64,000 nt of DNA from a bacterium (GTDB lineage Bacteria; Patescibacteriota; Minisyncoccia; Phycocordibacterales; UBA5272), in assembly GCA_023267635.1 (NCBI GenBank), contig JAHFMX010000001.1, forward strand, positions 83,165 through 147,164, written 5' to 3'. Below, piece by piece: positions 50,218 to 58,414 of this stretch; the first letter of the stretch is position 1; each line of letters opens with the position of its first letter. The position numbers and the translations under genes were made by a program. The notes beneath the pieces are model-generated. The model ran no database searches. It was not told the DNA's origin and saw only the letters and a list, made by a program, of their open reading frames with translations.

Positions 50218-50859
50218 ATGAAAAGAAGAGTAAAAAGGCCACAAGGGGTTATTGGAGTCGATGAAGTTGGGCGAGGGCCTCTAGCGGGGCCTGTTACTCT
50301 CTGTGCTTTCTATGTAGAAGACGAAAAAGAGGCACTTAGAGAAATTTTTCATAATACTATTAGAGATTCTAAGAAGTTAAATAAATCTAATAGATTAAAT
50401 ATATATCAAATAATTAGAAAAAACAGATTGATTAAAACAAGAGTGGAATATGCGATTTCTTCACGTAGTGCGGAGTATATAGATAAGTACGGAATATCTC
50501 ATGCTGTGAGACAGTGTTTGGTTTCCTGTATGCGGACTTTAGTTAAAAAAGGTATAGAAATAGAGAAAATTAGCATACGTCTTGATGCAGGATTAAAAAT
50601 ACCGCTTAAAAACCTTACACAAGAAAGTTTTATTAAAGGGGATGAACGATTTGTTGAAATAGCACTTGCCTCAATCATGGCAAAAGTGTCACGAGATATG
50701 TATATGGAAAAGCTAACAAAAGAACATAATGAGTACGGATGGGAACGAAATGTAGGATATGGAACTAAATATCATAGAGAAGCTATAAAAAATATAGGAA
50801 TTACTAAGTACCACAGAAGAACCTATTTAAAAGCTTTTAAATTGTTTGATAAAATTTAA
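50218..50859 (+). CDS. rnhB: Ribonuclease HII
   Basis: GVDEVGRGPLAGP, DSKKL, KGD, ASIMAKVSRD, GYGT. Confidence 0.95.
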   Translation: MKRRVKRPQGVIGVDEVGRGPLAGPVTLCAFYVEDEKEALREIFHNTIRDSKKLNKSNRLNIYQIIRKNRLIKTRVEYAISSRSAEYIDKYGISHAVRQCLVSCMRTLVKKGIEIEKISIRLDAGLKIPLKNLTQESFIKGDERFVEIALASIMAKVSRDMYMEKLTKEHNEYGWERNVGYGTKYHREAIKNIGITKYHRRTYLKAFKLFDKI

Positions 50860-51103
50860 TACTTTAAACACACCTTCATAACGTAACCTCTCTCACTGTG
50901 TGTTTCAATAATCTTTAAGTTGTATATAGATTACTCACCACATGTCCCTTAATAAAGATTTTGTTAGGTGATTGATTTTGCGTCGGACGCAGATTTTATC
51001 TTTGCACTGTAAGCTTTTTTAATTTGTACTTTATCCCCAGGTTAATCTAAAGTTATGCTGCGGCTATGCACTATTTTTACTATACTAAGTAATATCGAAG
51101 TAC

Positions 51104-54100
51104 ATGCAAGAGATTAGTTGCCCTCCATTTTTTATATATAAGAAAATTCTAATCTCTACCCTTGTCTTCTTTATTGGTATCACTTCTGTAGAGGTTCACG
51201 CAGCATCAGATTTTCAGCAGAATTTAAACACCACATCTTCTGTATCTGGCAATAGAGATACATCTTTCCAGTATCCGTCACTTTCAAACCTCATCACCTT
51301 ACGTGTAGCCACCCCCTCTAAACACAACCTTTCTCTTCCTGGAACATCTAATCGAGAAATAGCTGTCGCAGGTCCAACTATCTCTCTCATTGGAAACGTA
51401 CAACCACGAGAACTTATTTTGCGTAATAGTGAATCTTCGTTATTTTCTTTCCCATCATTCTTTTCTCTTCAGATTACTAGATACAAAATGCCACGTCTTG
51501 CACAGATTGAACTGCTCCCAGTAAAAAAATATGTATCATTTGCTTTGGGTGCAAATACAGTGCGTGCAGCAGAAGAGCTTTCAACAAAAAAAGCATCTCT
51601 TCCTTTCATTGATCAATTGTCACTCTCTTTCTTTTGCGCACTTGCTCCACGCAAACAGGTCATTGATAGTAGACGCTGTGATTATCAAACACTTGCAAGT
51701 GGGCGACTTGATTTACCGTCTGGTCTTGCAACAAACATCAATCCATCGGCAGAAGAGCCCTCAGCAACAGAAGAATTACCAGCTCCAACTGAAGTAGCCA
51801 CAACAAACCAAACCCCACCTCTCTCTCCATCTTCACCAATCTACCTTACCCGCTACATCACCTCCTACATCGGCATCCCAGGTCCAGCAGGTAAAGATGG
51901 AACAGATGGTAAAGACGGAGTAAACGGTATCACGTCATCTGCACCAGAAGGCTATGGTTCCTACCTCATTCCATCGTACTCTTCTCCAGCAACATCAATT
52001 GGAGTTTCTACCATCTCCTACCTACGACAAACAACCATTGAACTTCCTGTCATTACAGGAGGTACTGCAACTAATTTGTCTCTCATCACACCAACGGTAC
52101 AAGGTGGAGTATTCAGTGGTCTCTCACTCTTCAATGACTCTGCATCATTCACTGGTTCAGTAACCATCAACAACCTTACAGCTACCTCAACCACAGTAAC
52201 CAATCTCACTGCAACTAACGCCACTACCACCACCGCATACATTGATGTCCTTACCGTAGGATCATCCACTGCAGGAAGCCTTACACTAAGTGGCACCTTA
52301 AACGTAGCAGGGACTTCAACGCTTGCAACTACTACCGCATCTTCTTTCACTGCAACCTACGCAACCACAACAAACCTCTTCACGCAGAATCTTTCTGTGG
52401 GTAATGCTTCAACAACAGGGAATCAATCAATTGATGGACAATTCAACGTATCAGGAACATCAACCCTTGGAGCAAAGGTTTTCCTTAACGGAAGTGTGGT
52501 AGTTGGTACTTCCACTGATGAACTGTTCACCGTAAACGCACTTGTTAACTCAAACATTACTCCATCTCAGAACATTACCTATGACCTCGGTTCTGCATCT
52601 TTCTACTGGAGAAACCTCTACGCTAACAACATTAACGTAAACAGTATCTCTGCTGCCTCAACCACCATCTCTGGAACATCTAACAATGACTTCATTGTGA
52701 ACTCAGACAATGGTTCCTCTGATGCTGAAGATGCTTCCCTTGTGTTCTTCCGCGGACTCTCTACACCAAATGCTCTCATACGTTGGAACTCTGCAACCAA
52801 GCGTATTGAATCCAACATGAGTTTCAAAGTACAAAACGAAACACCAACCACAGGAACCACAACACTCACCGTACAAGCAGGCGCAGGACAGTCATCGACC
52901 AATCTCTTCGAACTCCTTAACAATGCAGGAACCAAACTCTCTGCATTTACCTCACAAGGATGGCTAGGTATTGGAACTACCACTCCCTCTACATCTCTTC
53001 ATCTTACTACTAACGATGGACTCATCATTCCAGCAGGTACAACAGCACAGCGTCCAAGCACAACTCTCCCAGGTGTCATCAGATACAACACTACTAACAC
53101 TGGCTTTGAAGGATTCAATGGTTCTACCTGGGGATCTCTTGGTGGAGTAAGTGATGCAGATCAAAATACCTACATCTCAGCTGAGAACTCAGCTGGAGCA
53201 AACAATGATGAACTGAAGTTCTATACCGCAGGTACACTACGAGGCATCTTCTCCTCAACAGGGAACTTTGGGGTGGGGACGAGTACGCCAGGGGCGAAGT
53301 TGACAGTTGATGGTACTCTAACAGCTGGTGATACTGTTATAAGTGGATCAGGTAATGCCAATGGTCTTACTATTAAAAATGGAACCACGAACCAAGCATA
53401 TTCAGGTGGGTTGACTCTTGCATCAAATGATGGCACATCTGTAATCTCAAGAATGTATGCCTCTACAGCAGGTTTGTTTTTGTCTTATGGTGGTGCAGAT
53501 ATTGGAGCTTTCACTGGTAGTGGATTATCCATCGTAAGTGGGGCAACGTATAAAATTAACGGGGCAACAATCGCTCAAGCTTCCACCACCCTCAATAACT
53601 ACTTCTTTGGTAATTCTGGAAATTTGACGATGACAGGTAATTACAACACCGCAACTGGTTATACCTCTCTCTTCTCCAACACCACCGGCTCCTACAACAC
53701 CGCGAATGGTGCGCAATCCCTCTACTCCAACACCACCGGATCCTACAACACCGCGAATGGCAGCTATTCCCTCATCTACAACACCACCGGAAACTTCAAC
53801 ACCGCGAATGGCAGCTATTCCCTCCAATCCAACACCACCGGCGGTGCCAATACCGCGAATGGTTATGCTTCCCTCAACTACAACACCACCGGCTCCAACA
53901 ACACTGCAAATGGCAGCTATTCCCTCAACCACAACACCACCGGCACCCAAAACACCGCGAATGGTATGTATTCTCTCTACTCCAACACCACCGGATCCTA
54001 CAACACCGCAAATGGTTATCAATCCCTCAACTACAACACCACCGGCACCCAAAACACCGCGAATGGCATGAATTCTCTCTACTCCAACACCACCGGATCC

Positions 54101-55987
54101 TACAACACCGCGAATGGTATGTATTCTCTCTACTCCAACACCACCGGCACCCAAAACACCGCGAATGGTTATGCTTCCCTCAACTACAACACCACCGGCT
54201 CCAACAACACTGCAAATGGCGTGAACGCCCTCTTCTCCAACACTACAGGTAGTTTCAACACCGCTTTTGGCTACCAAGCTGGATACGGAGATGGAACTGT
54301 AAATCAAGCTTCTATTATAGACAATTACATGACCTTCCTTGGCTACCAAGCATCTCGTGATGCATCTGTTGCTTCCACAACAGCTCTCACTAACGGAACT
54401 GCTATCGGAAAGAATGCTAGAGTCGGTGCTTCAAACACTATTGTCCTTGGGGGTACTGGAGCAGATGCAGTGAATGTGGGGATTGGAACTGTTCTACCAA
54501 CATCTCGACTTAACGTTGTTGGAACAACTACACTTGTTGGATCATCAACCTCTTCTACTGCACTACACGTAATTGGAAATATTGATAACACAGCAACGAG
54601 TACGTTTGCACCGAGACTTATTTCTAGTCCGAGTACTGGAGTAAATCCAGGTTCAGTCTTCGTCTCTGGTCGTTATGCTTATACGGCGAATTTTAATGGC
54701 AACTCTATGTCCATCATCGACATCTCCAATCCAGCTTCTCCTGCAACTATTTCTACCCCAAGTACTGGGTCAGGATCAGGTTCGTATTCAGTCTTCGTCT
54801 CTGGTCGCTATGCGTATGTGGCGAATGTTAATACTAACTCTATGTCCATCATCGACATCTCTAATCCAGCTTCTCCAACAGTTGTAGCTACTTCAAGCAC
54901 TGGAGCTGGCCCATACTCAGTCTTCGTCTCTGGTCGCTATGCGTATACGGCGAATCAAAATGCTGGCACCATCTCCATTATCGACATTTCCAACCCCACT
55001 TCTCCTATAACAGTAGCTACTCCAAGTACTGGAGCTACTCCACGCTCCGTCTTCGTCTCTGGTCGTTATGCGTATGTGGCGAATAGCGGTGGCAGTTCCA
55101 TGTCCATCATCGACATTTCCAATCCAGCTTCTCCAGTTACCGTCTCTACTCCAAGTACTGGAGCTGGCCCACAATCCGTCTTCGTCTCTGGTCGTTATGC
55201 GTATGTGGCAAATAATGCTAGCAGCACCATGTCCATTATCGACATCAAAAACCCTGCATCTGCCGTCACAGTAGCTACTCCAAGCACTGGAGCTGGCCCA
55301 CAATCCGTCTTCGTCTCTGGTCGTTATGCATATGTGGCGAATAATAGTGCTAACACGATGTCTATCATTGACGTCTCAAATCCAAGTTCCCCAGTTACCG
55401 TCTCTACTCCAAGCACTGGAGCTGGCCCATTCTCAGTCTTCGTCTCTGGCCGTTATGCGTATGTGGCGAATAATAGTGCTAGTTCCATCTCCATCCTCGA
55501 CCTCGGTGGTATTGAATCCACTTCAGCTATTATCCATTCGCTTACTACCGGTAATCTTTCAGTTAACAATGACATCTTTGCAAATGGAAATATCGTAGCG
55601 AATGGGGGACTCACCATTGCAAGCGGATTCCAATCCCAAAATAACTCATCTGTGTATGGCTCGCTTAATGTTTCTACAGCAAACAGCGTGTCGCAGCTAC
55701 GTCTAGGTAAAACAAGTTCTGTGTATGCTGATCTAACGCTTGATAGTGGGGGAGATCTTACTTTCACCACAACTGGGTATAACGTTAAAGCAATGAGTAA
55801 CAACTTGTATATTTGTGATAATGCAGGATGTCCAACACTCACCGCTACAAGTACAGCAGGAAACATCTTTGTGGAAAATGCTCAAGTGTTCGGTAATAAT
55901 TTCTCTATTAACCAGACCTCTTCAACCTCTCTTGGTATGTTTGATCATAGTGGCTCACTAATTATGACGTTTGATGAAGCTCCATAG
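51104..55987 (+). CDS. 1627-aa modular surface fibre/adhesin
   Basis: N-terminal hydrophobic leader, short collagen-like stretch, Thr-rich beta strands, GIGTT.P motifs, 17-aa repeats, seven LVIVD-like blades. Confidence 0.85.
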   Translation: MQEISCPPFFIYKKILISTLVFFIGITSVEVHAASDFQQNLNTTSSVSGNRDTSFQYPSLSNLITLRVATPSKHNLSLPGTSNREIAVAGPTISLIGNVQPRELILRNSESSLFSFPSFFSLQITRYKMPRLAQIELLPVKKYVSFALGANTVRAAEELSTKKASLPFIDQLSLSFFCALAPRKQVIDSRRCDYQTLASGRLDLPSGLATNINPSAEEPSATEELPAPTEVATTNQTPPLSPSSPIYLTRYITSYIGIPGPAGKDGTDGKDGVNGITSSAPEGYGSYLIPSYSSPATSIGVSTISYLRQTTIELPVITGGTATNLSLITPTVQGGVFSGLSLFNDSASFTGSVTINNLTATSTTVTNLTATNATTTTAYIDVLTVGSSTAGSLTLSGTLNVAGTSTLATTTASSFTATYATTTNLFTQNLSVGNASTTGNQSIDGQFNVSGTSTLGAKVFLNGSVVVGTSTDELFTVNALVNSNITPSQNITYDLGSASFYWRNLYANNINVNSISAASTTISGTSNNDFIVNSDNGSSDAEDASLVFFRGLSTPNALIRWNSATKRIESNMSFKVQNETPTTGTTTLTVQAGAGQSSTNLFELLNNAGTKLSAFTSQGWLGIGTTTPSTSLHLTTNDGLIIPAGTTAQRPSTTLPGVIRYNTTNTGFEGFNGSTWGSLGGVSDADQNTYISAENSAGANNDELKFYTAGTLRGIFSSTGNFGVGTSTPGAKLTVDGTLTAGDTVISGSGNANGLTIKNGTTNQAYSGGLTLASNDGTSVISRMYASTAGLFLSYGGADIGAFTGSGLSIVSGATYKINGATIAQASTTLNNYFFGNSGNLTMTGNYNTATGYTSLFSNTTGSYNTANGAQSLYSNTTGSYNTANGSYSLIYNTTGNFNTANGSYSLQSNTTGGANTANGYASLNYNTTGSNNTANGSYSLNHNTTGTQNTANGMYSLYSNTTGSYNTANGYQSLNYNTTGTQNTANGMNSLYSNTTGSYNTANGMYSLYSNTTGTQNTANGYASLNYNTTGSNNTANGVNALFSNTTGSFNTAFGYQAGYGDGTVNQASIIDNYMTFLGYQASRDASVASTTALTNGTAIGKNARVGASNTIVLGGTGADAVNVGIGTVLPTSRLNVVGTTTLVGSSTSSTALHVIGNIDNTATSTFAPRLISSPSTGVNPGSVFVSGRYAYTANFNGNSMSIIDISNPASPATISTPSTGSGSGSYSVFVSGRYAYVANVNTNSMSIIDISNPASPTVVATSSTGAGPYSVFVSGRYAYTANQNAGTISIIDISNPTSPITVATPSTGATPRSVFVSGRYAYVANSGGSSMSIIDISNPASPVTVSTPSTGAGPQSVFVSGRYAYVANNASSTMSIIDIKNPASAVTVATPSTGAGPQSVFVSGRYAYVANNSANTMSIIDVSNPSSPVTVSTPSTGAGPFSVFVSGRYAYVANNSASSISILDLGGIESTSAIIHSLTTGNLSVNNDIFANGNIVANGGLTIASGFQSQNNSSVYGSLNVSTANSVSQLRLGKTSSVYADLTLDSGGDLTFTTTGYNVKAMSNNLYICDNAGCPTLTATSTAGNIFVENAQVFGNNFSINQTSSTSLGMFDHSGSLIMTFDEAP
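53642..54271 (+). repeat. 51-bp (17-aa) tandem repeat, 12 full units plus a partial 13th
   Basis: Unit YNTANGxxSLYSNTTGS; DNA core aacaccgcgaatgg...aacaccaccgg. Confidence 0.9.
54620..55510 (+). repeat. Seven ~129-bp (43-aa) LVIVD-like propeller repeats
   Basis: SVFVSGRYAY seven times; invariant gtcttcgtctctgg. Confidence 0.9.
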
Positions 55988-56007
55988 AAATACCACATAG
56001 TAATGTG

Positions 56008-56107
56008 AATTTTCAATTTCTAATTTTCAATTTTCACTCAATGAGTTAATTTTAAAATTAAAAACATTGGAAATTCATTAAAAATTAGAAATTAAGAATT
56101 AAAAATT
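56008..56107 (+). repeat. Heptamer inverted-repeat element, empty copy D
   Basis: AATTTTC AATTTCT AATTTTC AATTTTC ... ATTCATT AAAAATT AGAAATT AAGAATT AAAAATT. Confidence 0.85.
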
Positions 56108-56123
56108 ATGCTAGCATACACCC

Positions 56124-56909
56124 ATGTTTGAAGAAATAAAAAAGTTCAAAGACCTCATAGTTACATGGTTAGCTTTATTTATAGGGGTTGGTGTCTTCTT
56201 CTTCTTCTTTGGAATGGCACCTGCAACACTTTTTGGGCACTTGGTACATATTCCACTTCCAACCGATGTATCTTTTGCTGCGCAGTTTTTTAGAATGATG
56301 GAGGAATCTATTTTGCCAGCAGGGGTTACTCTTGTTGCGTTAGGTCCGCTCTCTGCTCTTAATACGCAAACGATTGTTGCGTTTATGCTATCTTTTCTGG
56401 TTACGTTTCCATATCTTTTGTATAGACTGGTGCGGTATATTTCTCCAGCGCTCCATACGAATGAGCGTAAAGCTTTTCTCACGGTGCTTGTTCCTGCTAT
56501 AGTTCTTTTCTTCAGCGGAGCACTATTCTCCTATAAGTTTGTTATACCTCCAACATTTAAGGCTTTGTATTCGTATACCGCTGCTACAGGAGTAGTATCT
56601 ATTTTTTCAATGGAAGCTTTTGTTTCAACGGTTGTTACATTTATGGTAGTTTCAGGGTTCTTGTTCTTACTACCTATTTTTATGGTGTTATTAAGTTTCT
56701 TAGGAATCTGTCCACCACCATTTTGGTGGAAGAATTGGCGCTATGCACAGTTCAGCTTTCTAGCCTTCTCTGCTATAATTACACTAGACGGAAGCGGTGT
56801 TAGCATGGTGCTACTCTCTTTGCCTCTGACAGGATTGTATGCTGTCGGGGCTACGGTTGCACAGGTTACACACAAACAAAGTATTACGGAGATTACAGGA
56901 ACAACGTAA
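56124..56909 (+). CDS. tatC: Twin-arginine translocase subunit TatC (divergent)
   Basis: Six TMs, PYLLY..VRYISPAL...ER, LFFSGALFSY.FVIP, WRYA, SAIIT; adjacent to tatA. Confidence 0.88.
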   Translation: MFEEIKKFKDLIVTWLALFIGVGVFFFFFGMAPATLFGHLVHIPLPTDVSFAAQFFRMMEESILPAGVTLVALGPLSALNTQTIVAFMLSFLVTFPYLLYRLVRYISPALHTNERKAFLTVLVPAIVLFFSGALFSYKFVIPPTFKALYSYTAATGVVSIFSMEAFVSTVVTFMVVSGFLFLLPIFMVLLSFLGICPPPFWWKNWRYAQFSFLAFSAIITLDGSGVSMVLLSLPLTGLYAVGATVAQVTHKQSITEITGTT

Positions 56910-56945
56910 TCTATTTCTATTATTTATTAACTATCTATCACTACT

Positions 56946-57134
56946 ATGTTTGGAATCGGAATACCAGAATTAATTATTCTTGCACTTGCGTTTGGAATCC
57001 TCTTTTTTGGAAGTCACAAGGTGACAGAATTTGCTAAATCATTAGGTAGATTTACTGGTGAATTTAAAAAAGGTAAGCAAGAAGTTGAGCGTGAACTCAA
57101 AGCAGGGGAGGAGGAAGCAAAAGAAGATAAGTAA
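56946..57134 (+). CDS. tatA: Twin-arginine translocase subunit TatA
   Basis: MFGIGIPELII...FFG..K...AKSLGRFTGEFKKG. Confidence 0.92.
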   Translation: MFGIGIPELIILALAFGILFFGSHKVTEFAKSLGRFTGEFKKGKQEVERELKAGEEEAKEDK

Positions 57135-57163
57135 AAGCAGGGTTGTTTGGTTGGTTAGAATAC

Positions 57164-57442
57164 ATGGAGCACAAAATACATATTCATCGTCAATACGAAG
57201 CGCAAGAAGAATCAATACCAGTTGAATCTAAACGCCGAGCCCTTTTAAAGTACGTTCTTTTTGGCGGTGGATTTTTTATGTTAGGAAAAATTTTTGGCCC
57301 AAGTATAAGTATGTTCTCATCAAGCGGTGAGTTTAGTAGCACAACAGATTTTCAAAATTTTCGTGTAGTTGAGTCAGGCAAGGAGTTGCAATTTTTTGAT
57401 AAAATGGGGAACGAAATTCTTACGTTAGACAAAGAAGCATAG
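57164..57442 (+). CDS. 92-aa protein with twin-arginine signal (likely Tat substrate)
   Basis: SKRRALLK followed by Gly-rich hydrophobic region YVLFGGGFFMLG; directly downstream of tatA. Confidence 0.75.
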   Translation: MEHKIHIHRQYEAQEESIPVESKRRALLKYVLFGGGFFMLGKIFGPSISMFSSSGEFSSTTDFQNFRVVESGKELQFFDKMGNEILTLDKEA

Positions 57443-57446
57443 AATT

Positions 57447-57901
57447 AATTTTCAATTTCAAATTTTTAATTTTCAATCAATTTACAATGACTGAAGTTAT
57501 TAAAAATAAGTATGATTTAGAGGAAAGGACATTCAAATTTGCAGAAGATGTTATAGGGATATGTAAAACAGTAAAGAAAGACATTGTAAGCACGCCTGTA
57601 ATTTCTCAACTTATTCGTTCTGCGACAAGTATCGGTGCAAATTATATGGAAGCAAACGGTGCCAGTTCTAAAAAGGATTTTATAAATAAGATATTTATTT
57701 GCAAAAAAGAAGCACAAGAAACAAAGTACTGGTTACGAATATTGGCAGTTTGCTTTGATGACAAAAAAGTAGAAATAAGGAAATTATGGAAAGAATGCCA
57801 AGAACTCACTCTTATTTTTTCTAAAATAGCAGCCTCTTCAAAGCTTAAAAATTAAAATATTTAAGCATTCATTTAAAATTAGAAATTTGTAATTGAAAAT
57901 T
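57447..57901 (+). mobile_element. Heptamer inverted-repeat element carrying a four-helix-bundle gene (copy E)
   Basis: Left arm AATTTTC AATTTCA AATTTTT AATTTTC, right arm ATTCATT TAAAATT AGAAATT TGTAATT GAAAATT; mobility is inferred. Confidence 0.6.
57487..57855 (+). CDS. Four-helix-bundle protein (23S rRNA IVP-like family)
   Basis: DLEERT, QLIRSATSIGANYMEA, SKKDF, KKEAQETKYWL. Confidence 0.9.
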   Translation: MTEVIKNKYDLEERTFKFAEDVIGICKTVKKDIVSTPVISQLIRSATSIGANYMEANGASSKKDFINKIFICKKEAQETKYWLRILAVCFDDKKVEIRKLWKECQELTLIFSKIAASSKLKN

Positions 57902-57980
57902 ACACCTCTTTTATATTTCTGTGGATTTACTACGTACCACAAGGAGGTGTCCGTAGTGTATACTGAAGGGAATAAACACT

Positions 57981-58385
57981 ATGGTAAAAATTTCTGCTAA
58001 CAGATTGGATATGGAGACAAAACGTCTCGAACGTCCTCAGATGAAGAATTACACTGAAACTCTTGTTTCAGTGACTGCAACAACTACAACTATACTTGAT
58101 ATTTCATCTGGAAATGTTTTTGCTATAGCTCAAGCTGCGGCGATTACGACACTTACGATCACCAATATCCCTGCATCTGGAACCGTATGTAGTATTACTA
58201 TCATTAGAACTCATGATGCCACTAGTACAACGTATGGAATAACTTGGCCTGTAGCGTTTAAATGGGCTTCAGCAACCGCACCAACACTTACTCAGACTGC
58301 AAACTCAGTTGATATTATAACTGCTATGACCAAAGATGGGGGAACAACATGGTATGCGTTTGCTGCAGGTCTTAACATGAGCTAG
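57981..58385 (+). CDS. Phage virion-like beta-sandwich protein
   Basis: LDISSGNVF, ITWP..FKW...TAPTLT....VDI....DGGTTWY pattern recognised from phage structural proteins; no signal peptide. Confidence 0.65.
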   Translation: MVKISANRLDMETKRLERPQMKNYTETLVSVTATTTTILDISSGNVFAIAQAAAITTLTITNIPASGTVCSITIIRTHDATSTTYGITWPVAFKWASATAPTLTQTANSVDIITAMTKDGGTTWYAFAAGLNMS

Positions 58386-58414
58386 CCATTTAATGTCTTT
58401 ACTTCACCTTCACT

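Noticed and set aside
51031-51039. DnaA-box-like TTATCCCCA / origin
   Set aside because: Single mismatched site, no cluster, no dnaA nearby
53525-54349. 274-aa antisense ORF and 121-aa alternate-frame ORF
   Set aside because: Shadows of the stop-poor tandem repeat inside the fibre gene
53642-55510. CRISPR-like periodic repeats
   Set aside because: In-frame coding repeats of 51 and 129 bp with no unique spacers and no cas genes
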